Shown piece after piece: positions 1 through 10,646 of a DNA stretch of 64,000 nucleotides (positions within the stretch are counted from its first letter, which is position 1; each line of letters begins with the position of its first letter). Source of the stretch: Micavibrio sp. UBA1672 (GTDB lineage Bacteria > Pseudomonadota > Alphaproteobacteria > Micavibrionales > Micavibrionaceae). The translations under genes were made by a program, and so were the position numbers. The stretch is from NCBI GenBank assembly GCA_002320665.1, contig DCKO01000025.1, positions 21,482 to 85,481 of the forward strand, written 5' to 3'. The notes beneath the pieces are model-generated. The model saw nothing but the letters and a program-made list of their open reading frames with translations, was not told where the DNA came from and did no database searches.

Positions 1-2
1 AT

Positions 3-392
3 ACGGATGAGCAAAATCACGACACGATCGAGATTAAGCTTAAGAATAAATCCGGCAAATATATCCTTGCAGAAATAGCAGGAATTACCTCTCGTGAAGA
101 CGCAGAAAACAGCCGATGTTCTCTATTCGTTTCACGTGAAACGCTTCCCGATCTCTCAAGCAACGATGAATATTACGTAGATGACCTAAAAGGCTTGACC
201 GTAAAGAGCCAAAATAATGAAGAAATAGGCAAGGTTATTGATGTGCAAAATTATGGCGCTGGCCCCCTGCTAGAAATTCAGCCAAAATCGGCTAATTCCT
301 ACTTCCTACCCTTTCGTGATGAGAACATAGTGGACGTTGATTTAGAAAGCGGTATTGTTATTGTGCAAAACCAAGATGATTTTATTTTATGA
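3..392 (+). CDS. rimM: 16S rRNA processing protein RimM, C-terminal part (5' end outside window)
   Basis: Frame 3 is open from the window edge. The translation ...SSNDEYYVDDLKGLTVKSQNNEEIGKVIDVQNYGAGPLLEIQPK... looks like the RimM PRC-barrel C-terminus. It lies upstream of trmD-rplS, as in the conserved rpsP-rimM-trmD-rplS operon. Confidence 0.8.
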   Translation, partial: TDEQNHDTIEIKLKNKSGKYILAEIAGITSREDAENSRCSLFVSRETLPDLSSNDEYYVDDLKGLTVKSQNNEEIGKVIDVQNYGAGPLLEIQPKSANSYFLPFRDENIVDVDLESGIVIVQNQDDFIL

Positions 393-1066
393 AGATCAAC
401 TATTTTATATTTGACTTTGATGGTGTGGTTGCGGATACGGAAGATGTCTTCGCCAAGTTTGACTGCCAGATCATCAGCGAATATCTTGCAAAAGCAGGTT
501 TTGACCACACAATTCCTTATGAAGAAATGCGAGGTTTGGCAGGCATACCGGGTGAAGAGAAATTCTGCCGTATATGTCATAACCATAATATTGATCCAGA
601 GCCACTCGCAGAAAGTTTCACGAAAGAGCGTACAAAACGCAGAAAATCACTGTTTGAGAACCATCCAGTTTCCCTTGGTAAAAACTTAAGGCAATTTTTA
701 GCACAAATAGATGGGCGTTTTGCGCTAGCGACGAATAAAGAAAAGCATAAATTGGATAATGACATAAAAGTTATGGGGGTAGATGCTCTTTTTCCGACTA
801 TGGTGAGTTGCGATCCGCCATTACGTCGCAAGCCAGAACCCGATGTTATTATAGAGGCTATGAAACGCCTTAATGCCCAGCCAAAGAAATGCGCCTATAT
901 TGGCGACAATGTATCTGATATTAAAGCGGCTATTGCAGCTAACGTTACCCCTATTGGCTTTGTTATTGATAGTGTAATTGACAAAGAAGCACATGGCACA
1001 AAATTAAAAGATGCTGGTGCCGCCATGATTATCAGTGACTTTACAGACTTACTGCCTTACAAATAG
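389..1066 (+). CDS. HAD-superfamily hydrolase/phosphatase
   Basis: 225-aa ORF with N-terminal FDFDGVVADTE (HAD motif I, DxDG) and a late GDNVSD motif. Its ATG overlaps the rimM stop (ATGA). Confidence 0.75.
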   Translation: MKINYFIFDFDGVVADTEDVFAKFDCQIISEYLAKAGFDHTIPYEEMRGLAGIPGEEKFCRICHNHNIDPEPLAESFTKERTKRRKSLFENHPVSLGKNLRQFLAQIDGRFALATNKEKHKLDNDIKVMGVDALFPTMVSCDPPLRRKPEPDVIIEAMKRLNAQPKKCAYIGDNVSDIKAAIAANVTPIGFVIDSVIDKEAHGTKLKDAGAAMIISDFTDLLPYK

Positions 1067-1070
1067 ATCT

Positions 1071-1796
1071 ATGAGTAAATCACCTTGGCACGTTAATATC
1101 CTTACTCTTTTTCCCGAGATGTTCCCGGGTAGTTTGGGGCAATCCTTATCCGGTAAGGCTCTTGAAAAGGGCTTATGGTCATATGATACCGTTAATATGC
1201 GTGATTTTGGGCATGGCGTACATAAGGCTGTTGATGATACGCCTTTTGGTGGAGGGGCCGGTATGGTTTTGCGCGCCGATGTGCTTGAGGATGCCCTGCT
1301 CTCTTTACCTCATAAGGCTGCTAAGAACATCTATATGTCACCGAGGGGCAAACCATTGACTCAAAACAAGGTTACTGAGCTTACTAAGATACCGGAAATA
1401 ACCATTCTATGCGGACGCTATGAAGGTGTTGATCAACGCTTGCTGGATGCGCATAATTTTGAAGAAGTCAGTATTGGCGATTATGTTCTTTCAGGCGGGG
1501 AGCCTGCCGCTATTATCCTAATGGATGCGTGTATTCGTCTTTTGGACGGGGTAATGGGGAACACGCAAACCCCTGATGAAGAAAGTTTTTCCAACGGTTT
1601 GCTGGAATATCCTCATTATACAAAGCCTGCAAGCTGGACGGATTCCAGTGGCGCTCAACATGATGTGCCGGAAGTCCTAACATCAGGCCATCACAAGAAG
1701 ATTGCGCAGTGGCGCAAAGAGCGCTCCGAAGCGATTACAAAGCAAAACAGGCCTGACCTTTGGGAAATCCATAAAAACAAAGAAAAGAGCTTGTAA
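1071..1796 (+). CDS. trmD: tRNA (guanine37-N1)-methyltransferase TrmD
   Basis: MSKSPWHVNILTLFPEMFPG, GRYEGVDQR and SIGDYVLSGGE are typical TrmD motifs. I took ATG 1071 as the start rather than in-frame GTG 1035, which would overlap the HAD gene. Confidence 0.95.
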   Translation: MSKSPWHVNILTLFPEMFPGSLGQSLSGKALEKGLWSYDTVNMRDFGHGVHKAVDDTPFGGGAGMVLRADVLEDALLSLPHKAAKNIYMSPRGKPLTQNKVTELTKIPEITILCGRYEGVDQRLLDAHNFEEVSIGDYVLSGGEPAAIILMDACIRLLDGVMGNTQTPDEESFSNGLLEYPHYTKPASWTDSSGAQHDVPEVLTSGHHKKIAQWRKERSEAITKQNRPDLWEIHKNKEKSL

Positions 1797-1920
1797 ATTG
1801 GCGTAAAATCCTATACAAGGACGCCAACTCATTAGAGTTATCCATAAAAAGAGAATTGAGCCGCCGGGCTTTTATAGTGAAAGCTTCGAAATCGGGCTCT
1901 GAGAAAAAGGATTAAAGAAG

Positions 1921-2355
1921 ATGAATACATTACAGAAATTCGAAGCCAAGCAACTTGCAAAGCTTCAAGAAGCAAAGCAAGTTCCTGCGTTTTCACCAGG
2001 GGACACAATCAAAGTTAACGTGAAAGTTAAAGAAGGGACACGTGAGCGTATTCAGGCTTATGAAGGCGTTTGTATTGCCCGTGGCGGTTCAGGCGTGAAT
2101 GAGACTTTTACAGTCCGTAAAATCAGCTATGGCGAAGGTGTTGAGCGTGTATTTCCACTTTGGAGTTCACGTGTTGACTCAATTGAATTGGTGCGCCGTG
2201 GTTCTGTTCGTCGTGCGAAACTTTACTACCTTCGTGATCGTCGCGGTAAATCTGCCCGTATCACAGAGCGTACAACTGGTCACGGTATTGAAGCCAGACC
2301 AGAAAAAGAGAAGAAGGCTCCTAAGACTAAGGCTAAAAAAGAAGCTAAGAAGTAA
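1921..2355 (+). CDS. rplS: 50S ribosomal protein L19
   Basis: [35 protein letters not shown]...[20 protein letters not shown]...RRAKLYYLR is a classic L19 sequence with a lysine-rich tail. A purine-rich RBS lies upstream. Confidence 0.97.
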   Translation: MNTLQKFEAKQLAKLQEAKQVPAFSPGDTIKVNVKVKEGTRERIQAYEGVCIARGGSGVNETFTVRKISYGEGVERVFPLWSSRVDSIELVRRGSVRRAKLYYLRDRRGKSARITERTTGHGIEARPEKEKKAPKTKAKKEAKK

Positions 2356-2384
2356 TTACTTCTGCCTTTATTGGAATTTAAAGA

Positions 2385-2417
2385 GAGCGGCGCGTTTATT
2401 CGGGTCGCTTTTATTTT
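2385..2417 (+). terminator. Putative rho-independent terminator after rplS
   Basis: GAGCGGCGCG / CGGGTCGCTT forms an imperfect GC-rich stem (G-U wobbles, one mismatch), followed by TTTATTTT. Confidence 0.45.
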
Positions 2418-2491
2418 GCATATTTGTAACAGAACACTAAAAATCTTCGAATATTTTGGTAAGACCTATCCATTCAAAGCAGGAGGATGCC

Positions 2492-2875
2492 ATGCTTGTA
2501 ACCCCATTATATGCGGCTGTATTTGCGTTGATTTACGTGTATCTGTCTATTCGTGTGTATAAGCTGACGAACCAGAATGGTATATGTCCTGTCGGTGAAG
2601 AAAAATCCAAGATTGCGGCGGAAATTGCCAAGCATCAGAGCTTCTCCGAGTTTGTAGTTCTGGGCTTGATCCTGTTTTTCTTTCTGGAGATCTCCGGCGG
2701 GCCGCAAGTTCTGGTGCATGTTGCCGCTATAGCACTTGGTGTCGGGCGCTTAATGACCTCGTGCAGTTCCTGTCAGGAAAGCGCCACAAAGAAATATGAG
2801 AAGTTGGGGCCAGCCCTAAGCTATACTTCTATTGTGGCAGTATCCTTTGGAATCCTGTATTTCCGCTATTTCTAG
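2492..2875 (+). CDS. MAPEG-family membrane protein (YecN-like)
   Basis: AGGAGG RBS just before ATG 2492. Small 4-TM protein whose KHQSFSEFVVLGLILFFFLEISGG...VHVAAIALGVGRL segment resembles the MAPEG core (H-N-F-x-E-[YF]...E..G...H..G..L..R). Confidence 0.55.
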   Translation: MLVTPLYAAVFALIYVYLSIRVYKLTNQNGICPVGEEKSKIAAEIAKHQSFSEFVVLGLILFFFLEISGGPQVLVHVAAIALGVGRLMTSCSSCQESATKKYEKLGPALSYTSIVAVSFGILYFRYF

Positions 2876-3525
2876 CTTTCGTTTTGCAAGATCGCCTTGA
2901 TTTCCTCGGTCATTGTGCCGACTTTATCCTTCGTGGAATAAAGCTTGATCAGATTATTTTCAGGCGACATGAAATACATGAAAGATGAGTGATCCATCAT
3001 ATATTCATCCATCATCTCGTTTTCAACTTTGCTGGCATAGACCTTAAAGGAATCCTTGACCGCATCAATTTGTTCTTGAGAGCCTGTAAGTCCGACAAGT
3101 TTCGGGTGGTATTGCTCAACATAGGCTTTGATAATCTCTGGCGTATCGCGTTCGGGGTCGATAGAAATCAGCATGGGCTGGACCTTATCTTCCAACTCAC
3201 CAAGACCTTCCATGATTTTAGCCATGCGGCCTAATTCGGTTGGACACACAGCTGGACAATAGGTGAATCCAAAGAAGATCAGCTTGTACTGATCTGCGTA
3301 GTTTTCTTGTGTTACGGTCTCACCATCCTGATTAACAAGCTCAAAATCCCCACCAAGTTCGGGTACGCCCAAAGACATCCCCGTGGCCTTGGCTTCTTTC
3401 TTTTCCTCGGGCATTTCGATAACACCGCCAGCCAATTCCTGAGTCTTTTGATATTGTGTGATCCCCACACCGATCAACACACCAATCATGGCAAAGAAAA
3501 CAAGTCTTAGATATCTGTTTTTCAT
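2872..3525 (-). CDS. SCO1/SenC-family copper chaperone (thioredoxin fold)
   Basis: N-terminal TM anchor, an FGFTYCPAVCPTEL CxxxC motif, and a conserved downstream His (DHSSFMY). Confidence 0.85.
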   Translation of the reverse strand: MKNRYLRLVFFAMIGVLIGVGITQYQKTQELAGGVIEMPEEKKEAKATGMSLGVPELGGDFELVNQDGETVTQENYADQYKLIFFGFTYCPAVCPTELGRMAKIMEGLGELEDKVQPMLISIDPERDTPEIIKAYVEQYHPKLVGLTGSQEQIDAVKDSFKVYASKVENEMMDEYMMDHSSFMYFMSPENNLIKLYSTKDKVGTMTEEIKAILQNES

Positions 3526-3620
3526 GACGTCATCCCTTCTTAGATTTCATCAGTATTATTTCGCTGCGACACCTTGACAATTCGCACCGTAAAAGTAAAG
3601 CTGCTTTATTCAATTTACAG

Positions 3621-3690
3621 CCTTAGGGGTGCATATTTTGCTGAGATTATACCCTTGGAACCTGATGGTTAAAACCTGCGTAGGAAAAGG
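3621..3690 (+). promoter_or_regulatory. TPP (THI-box) riboswitch
   Basis: CCUUAGGGGUGC..GCUGAGAUUAUACCCUUGGAACCUGAUGGUUAAAACCUGCGUAGGAAAAGG carries the conserved GGGGUGC, CUGAGA, ACCC, AACCUGAU and GCGUAGG elements. P1 (CCUU 3621-3624 with AAGG 3687-3690) overlaps the AAGGA Shine-Dalgarno sequence 8 nt before ATG 3700. Confidence 0.8.
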
Positions 3691-3699
3691 AAAAACGCT

Positions 3700-4044
3700 A
3701 TGCCGCATATAATTGTTGAATACTCGAAAAACCTAGAAGAGCTTTTTGATCTGCCCGATATGCTGATTGACATGCATGAGGCTTTGGCCGGAAAAGGCAT
3801 TGAAAAGACGCGCATTAAAACCCGCGGCATTAGCATAGACCATGCGATTGTAGGCGATACAGGGCATGAGGGCGCGATGATGCATTGCACCCTACTCTTA
3901 CTAGAGGGGCGCGACATCGAGACCAAGAAAGACTACGGCGATGCCCTTCATCATGTCATGAGCCACAAGGTTGCCAATATCATTGATCACTGCGCCGTGA
4001 CGCTGGAAATTCGCGATATGGATCGCGATACGTATTATCTATAA
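3700..4044 (+). CDS. 5-carboxymethyl-2-hydroxymuconate isomerase (CHMI)-family tautomerase
   Basis: MPHIIVEYSKNLEE..DLP...GI...I..R...H.TL...GR parallels the HpcD/HpaF N-terminus, including Pro-1 after Met removal. Length of 114 aa fits the family. Confidence 0.8.
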   Translation: MPHIIVEYSKNLEELFDLPDMLIDMHEALAGKGIEKTRIKTRGISIDHAIVGDTGHEGAMMHCTLLLLEGRDIETKKDYGDALHHVMSHKVANIIDHCAVTLEIRDMDRDTYYL

Positions 4045-4072
4045 AAAATCATTGAAATATAATTATAAGTAA

Positions 4073-5874
<1,802 letters not shown>

Positions 5875-5875
<1 letters not shown>

Positions 5876-6561
5876 TGGACGCGGAAGACCAAGGTAATTT
5901 TCTTTCATTTTTCTTGGCTATTTTAAGCGCAAGTCTTATTGCATGGTCTATATGCATTTTACAATTTGAACTCCCACCTATTGAAAAATATATATCCAGC
6001 CTTGAAGAAAAATATAGTAAAAAGCAAGTAATTATAGATAAAGGGAGTCAACTATGGCAAATTACTGGACAAAGAATTCAAAGCGTAAAAATATTGCTAA
6101 CTATTATTAATCACGGCAAGCCTAATAGTGTTTCAAAATCCACATTAGTTGACGCTGAGATTGAGATGACTGATGCTCTATTACAAAGGTATTATTTAGC
6201 ACATAATGATAAATACGAAGACGCACTTGATGAGCAAAAAAAACGTGCACAAATAAAAAATACAATCCGTTCATTAGTACATAACGCTATTTATGGCGGA
6301 GCAGAACATGATAAAGCATTAGTAAAATACCAAAACCAACTTGTTGATGATTATTTTGATATCATGAACGTTGTTGCAAAAGAGAGAGATAAATTTAAAA
6401 AACAAATACATGAAAAAAGTATTGAGGTAAGAAAACTAAGAGACCGTTCTACATATATACAAATCATTTCTATATTCATATCTTTATGTGCGGCAAGATT
6501 GCTTGAATTTAGGTCTCTAGGAAACAAAATCTACAATTTTCTAAGAAATTTGAGGCAATAG
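5875..6561 (+). CDS. Hypothetical membrane-anchored coiled-coil protein (AT-rich orphan)
   Basis: 228 aa from ATG 5875, which overlaps the thiC stop as TGATG. It has one N-terminal and one C-terminal hydrophobic helix and a K/E-rich helical middle. I recognised no family. Confidence 0.5.
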
Positions 6562-6568
6562 TTAATAA

Positions 6569-7267
6569 TCACAAACTACTCTCAGGGCTATCATTCGGGT
6601 TGGTGGGGGTGGATTGTGCTTGCGGCTGCGCGTCGGCTTGTGGAGCGTTATCCCGTATCAGGGCTTTAACCTCTGGCATAAACTCTCTGAAATTATGTGC
6701 GGTGTCCCTGTCTTTTGAATCGGAGTCCAGCAAGATGAGCTGCGTGTTCGGATTATATTGGCTGAGCTCGCTATGGCGTTGTTTTCCGACGCGACGATAG
6801 GAGCGCATGGATGAGAGAATAAAATTCGTCGGGCAGTCAATCCCTTCGGGGCACTCCTTTCCCGCCAATGTCGGGTCCAGCAGCGTCAGTTGCGATAAAT
6901 TATGATTGGGCGCGGCCATCAAAGCGCCTGCTCCACCTGCACTATGGGCGATGATTTCGAATTGCTCTGGTTTATAGATATCATAATCGGCGTAATAGCC
7001 TTCAACGACACTATTCACCGCATCTTTGAAGTTTGAAAATACATTTTCGGGGTCGGCCTCATTCAGCTTTACCCCTGTCATATCAGGCAGGACCGTCGCC
7101 GCACCGCGCTCCATTGCTCCTCTGCGTAAATTTTGCATCAGATCATCAGAGGGCTTCATGTCAAAGCCTGAGAAGATAAAGGCTAGAGTGCTCGGGTTTT
7201 CGGGGATTATGACATGGCTTCTGATCCCGTTATAATCGACCAGTTTTTCTGTAACTTTATCGCTCAT
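6569..7267 (-). CDS. Alpha/beta-hydrolase-like protein, tandem paralog 2
   Basis: FEIIAHSAGGAG nucleophile elbow (G/A-x-S-x-G type), NLSQLTLLD, and a late H-x-FRE motif. It is a paralog of the adjacent gene. The C-terminal tail is Q/P-rich. Confidence 0.6.
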   Translation of the reverse strand: MSDKVTEKLVDYNGIRSHVIIPENPSTLAFIFSGFDMKPSDDLMQNLRRGAMERGAATVLPDMTGVKLNEADPENVFSNFKDAVNSVVEGYYADYDIYKPEQFEIIAHSAGGAGALMAAPNHNLSQLTLLDPTLAGKECPEGIDCPTNFILSSMRSYRRVGKQRHSELSQYNPNTQLILLDSDSKDRDTAHNFREFMPEVKALIRDNAPQADAQPQAQSTPTNPNDSPESSL

Positions 7268-7985
7268 ATTGCAAGTCCCATGGTATTAATAATTCTTGTT
7301 CGTGCATAGGATTTATTAGCTCTTCCTCGTTTAGCTCTTCTCCGCTTAGATCAGGCCTAGATATTGCGGGCGGCGCTAAATCTGTGACCAAGCGTCTTAT
7401 TTCCGGCAGAACTTCGCGGAAACAATGTCCGGTCTCAAAATCTTTTTTAGTATCAAACTGTGTATGTGTATTATGTTGATTGTTATCTCTCAGCCGTTTA
7501 TAGAGGTTTGCGCCGGAACGCTCGCAGGGTAAATAGGATGACGTAATAATATGCAAAGGGCAATCAAGCCCCCGTCCCCATTCTGGCGGCACGATTGTCA
7601 TATCAAGCAGCGTTAATTGTGATAGGTTGTAATCCTTGGCATTGTGTAAGGATGCAGCAGCTCCCGCGCTATGAGCAATGATCTCAAAGCTGTCAGGGCG
7701 GTAATTGCTCTTATCTTCAAAATAACCGTTAATAACAGCCTCCACAGCCGGAATAAAATTTTTATAAGCCTGTCTGCGATCTCTTGGACAGAGTTCCAAA
7801 TCGCTAAAATCAGGGCAAACAACAGCAGCTTGACGTCCCATAGCACCATGCCTGAGCGCCAACAGGAAGGTATCCTGTTTATGCATATTATAGCCCGGCA
7901 TAATAAACGCCAAACCACTGGGTTCTAACGGCACGCTAACATGTGTTTTAATGCCGCCATATTCAACAATTTTATCAATACTCAT
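7257..7985 (-). CDS. Alpha/beta-hydrolase-like protein, tandem paralog 1
   Basis: Shares FEIIAHSAG, NLSQLTLLD, DCP and H-x-FRE..PE blocks with 6569..7267. Its start lies 12 nt after the rmuC stop and its 3' end overlaps the next paralog by 11 nt. Confidence 0.6.
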   Translation of the reverse strand: MSIDKIVEYGGIKTHVSVPLEPSGLAFIMPGYNMHKQDTFLLALRHGAMGRQAAVVCPDFSDLELCPRDRRQAYKNFIPAVEAVINGYFEDKSNYRPDSFEIIAHSAGAAASLHNAKDYNLSQLTLLDMTIVPPEWGRGLDCPLHIITSSYLPCERSGANLYKRLRDNNQHNTHTQFDTKKDFETGHCFREVLPEIRRLVTDLAPPAISRPDLSGEELNEEELINPMHEQELLIPWDLQYER

Positions 7986-7997
7986 AGTTTTAAGTTT

Positions 7998-9233
7998 TTA
8001 AGCCCGCTTTTTTTCTGCTTCATCTTCACTTGTCATATTAATCATTCTTGGTTGATTTTCCAAGATTTTTGTTTCGCCAATATCCTCCAAGCCTGCTTTG
8101 GCGGCTTGCAGATCCTTGAATTTACGGGCAGCTGGCAAGACTTGACGCTCCATTGATCCTACGGCTGCATTATAGCCTGTCATTGCCGTATTGAGGGATT
8201 TCCCAACTTTTTCAAAGTGATCGGTGAACTTTAAGAAACGCTTATACAGATCAACACCCAGATCGGAAATATCCTTGGCATTTTGTGCGAGTTCAACCTG
8301 ACGCCAACTCATCCCGACCACACGAAGAAGGCTCATTAATAATGTAGGCGATGCTATAATTATATTCTGTGCAGCGGCATAATTCACCAGATCATGATCG
8401 GCCCTCAGCGCCATGGAATACACATGCTCGGATGGCAGGAAGAGCACTGTGAAATCCGGGCTATCTACATCCTCCCAGTAATTCTTACGGCCCAAAGCTT
8501 TGACATGATCACGAACCTGCTTGGCAACATTATGGACAAGCTGCTCATGCTCGGTTTCACTAATGTTTTCGGATAAGCGCTGAATGGATTCATTTAGAGG
8601 TGCTTTGGCATCGATAATGATATTAAAGCCGTCCTGCATACGGATAACCGCATCTGGGCGCTTGGTATTGGCATTATCAATAGAGACTTGCGTTTCATAG
8701 TGAACCCCCTTAATCAGCCCTGATTTTTCCAGCAAGCGCTCAAGTATATACTCACCCCAGACACCTTGCGCAGATGGGTCGCGCAGCGCCCCGACAAGAC
8801 GTGCAGTTTCGCGGTTTAAATTTCTAAGATCGTGACGTAAAGCCTCATCCGTTCCTTTGATTTGCTCGACGATACTGGATAGGTTTTTTAAGTGTTCCTG
8901 AACTGGCGTGACCATCTCTTTGATGGCTTTTTGCCTTGTATCTAGATCATGTGCACCATCTTTTTTCAAGTTTTCAAAGCGTTGCTGGGCGAGTTGCAGG
9001 AATTGCTCTTGAGAGGCGTTAAGGGCATTTTGCGCTGTTGCCTGAAAACGCTGGTCCAGTACTTTTCCAGCCTCCTCCCATGCTTCTTCTCTGGCTTTCA
9101 GCTGCGCCTTCAGCTCGATATTTTCTGCCGTATATTTCTGACGGGCGTTCATATAATAAAAGCCCATAACAGCAAGGCCGCAGGTGAAGGCTGCAAAAGC
9201 GATAAAGATGTTACTTAATGTAAAGACGTCCAT
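7998..9233 (-). CDS. rmuC: DNA recombination protein RmuC
   Basis: N-terminal TM helix, a long coiled coil, then a RmuC-type C-terminal domain (PDAVI...IIIDAKAPL...FLPSE...A...NIIIASPTTL-like). Confidence 0.9.
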   Translation of the reverse strand: MDVFTLSNIFIAFAAFTCGLAVMGFYYMNARQKYTAENIELKAQLKAREEAWEEAGKVLDQRFQATAQNALNASQEQFLQLAQQRFENLKKDGAHDLDTRQKAIKEMVTPVQEHLKNLSSIVEQIKGTDEALRHDLRNLNRETARLVGALRDPSAQGVWGEYILERLLEKSGLIKGVHYETQVSIDNANTKRPDAVIRMQDGFNIIIDAKAPLNESIQRLSENISETEHEQLVHNVAKQVRDHVKALGRKNYWEDVDSPDFTVLFLPSEHVYSMALRADHDLVNYAAAQNIIIASPTLLMSLLRVVGMSWRQVELAQNAKDISDLGVDLYKRFLKFTDHFEKVGKSLNTAMTGYNAAVGSMERQVLPAARKFKDLQAAKAGLEDIGETKILENQPRMINMTSEDEAEKKRA

Positions 9234-9309
9234 GAGCTTAATTGGCCTTTCGAGAGAAGTTTGCTAGTTTTAAGAATCAGTGAATAAAGCCTAGCACGCA
9301 TAACAACAA

Positions 9310-10008
9310 ATGAAAACAAAAAGAGAACAAAATTTCAAGAGAAATTCACAAGACGGTAATGCATTACTGTATGTGTTGATTGCAATTGTTTTATTTGCAG
9401 GACTTGGATTTACGCTGGCGCGGCAATCTCATAATCAGGGTGTATCCGAACTTGATGATGCCAGAGCGGAGCTCTATGCCGATCAGTTAATTGCCTATGC
9501 GGCGCAAGCTCAAAACTCTATTGACCAGATGTTGTTTTCCGGTAGCGAGATTGCTGATCTGGATTTTACACTACCCAGTGAAGCCGGATTTAATACAGCT
9601 CCCTATCACAATAAAGTCTATCATCCGACTGGAGGCGGGCTAATACCAAGTAGTTTAAATGATTCTATGAAAAAGGAAGCGTCCCCTACGCCGCCAGCAA
9701 GTTGGTATCTGGGACGCTTTAACAATGTCGAATGGAGTGATAGTACGAACCCTGATGTTATGTTGAGCGCTTATCAAATCACACGAGAAATTTGTGAGAA
9801 GATCAATATCAAAATTACAGGCTCTGATACTATTCCAGCGGTTACCGTACAGCCTCGGACACTTTTTGTTGATGATTCAAATTATTCGGGTTCGAATGAA
9901 GACCTAACAGTTGCCAGATGTCCTGATTGTGAAAATTATAAGGTTTTGTGCGTTTCAAATCCTGGTGTGAATATCTTTACGTTTTATGCTGTTTTGGCGG
10001 ATGAATGA
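9310..10008 (+). CDS. Hypothetical exported protein with a PilX_N-like N-terminus (possible pilus-associated protein)
   Basis: SQDGNALLYVLIAIVLFAGLGFTLA resembles the (Q/R)RG(A/S)xLxxxLxxLxxxxLLG N-terminal segment of PilX-type minor pilins. The C-terminal part is cysteine-rich. Confidence 0.4.
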   Translation: MKTKREQNFKRNSQDGNALLYVLIAIVLFAGLGFTLARQSHNQGVSELDDARAELYADQLIAYAAQAQNSIDQMLFSGSEIADLDFTLPSEAGFNTAPYHNKVYHPTGGGLIPSSLNDSMKKEASPTPPASWYLGRFNNVEWSDSTNPDVMLSAYQITREICEKINIKITGSDTIPAVTVQPRTLFVDDSNYSGSNEDLTVARCPDCENYKVLCVSNPGVNIFTFYAVLADE

Positions 10009-10013
10009 CTGGC

Positions 10014-10646
10014 TTATGCATAAGACAAAATAATGGCTTGAAGTTCGTTCAGGCCAATATCTTTGTGGCTGCTAGTGGCATGAATTTCGGGATAAGCCGC
10101 AGGGTGTTTCTTTAAAGTTTCTATGATCTTGTTGGTTCTCTTTTCGAGTTCCTGTGTTTTGATTTTATCGGTTTTAGTTAGAATAATGCGATAGGATACC
10201 GCCGTTTCATCCAACATTTTCATAAGCTCTAAGTCGCTATCTTTAAGGCCATGGCGAGAATCCACAAGAATAAATACACAACGTAGCGTCTGGCGACCAC
10301 GTAGATATTGATAAATGAGTTTGGTCCAAGCCTCGACTTTTGATTTTGAAACCTTGGCATAGCCATAACCTGGCATATCAATCATATAAAGCATATCACC
10401 AAGATTAAAGAAGTTGAGCTCTTGCGTACGGCCCGGTGTGTGTGATGTCCGAGCCAATGCTTTGCGGCCAGTGAGTGCGTTGATCAGGGAAGATTTGCCA
10501 ACATTAGAACGCCCCGCAAAAGCAATTTCAGATTTATCAGCATTGGGCAGTGTTGCAAGAGACACAACGCCCAGCATAAAATCGCAGGAACCAGAGAAAA
10601 TCTTCCGTGCTTCCTCCAGCTGCTTTTGTGAAAACTTGGTTTCCAT
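10014..10646 (-). CDS. engB: Ribosome-biogenesis GTPase EngB/YihA
   Basis: GRSNVGKSSLINALTG (G1), TPGRTQ (G2), DMPGYG (G3) and TKTDK (G4). Its start overlaps the yidC stop (TAATG). Confidence 0.93.
   Translation of the reverse strand: METKFSQKQLEEARKIFSGSCDFMLGVVSLATLPNADKSEIAFAGRSNVGKSSLINALTGRKALARTSHTPGRTQELNFFNLGDMLYMIDMPGYGYAKVSKSKVEAWTKLIYQYLRGRQTLRCVFILVDSRHGLKDSDLELMKMLDETAVSYRIILTKTDKIKTQELEKRTNKIIETLKKHPAAYPEIHATSSHKDIGLNELQAIILSYA

Noticed and set aside
2872-2875. The convergent MAPEG and SCO1 genes share overlapping stop codons in the palindrome CTAG.
   Set aside because: It is real but trivial. A 4-nt 3' overlap of convergent genes has no evident regulatory meaning.
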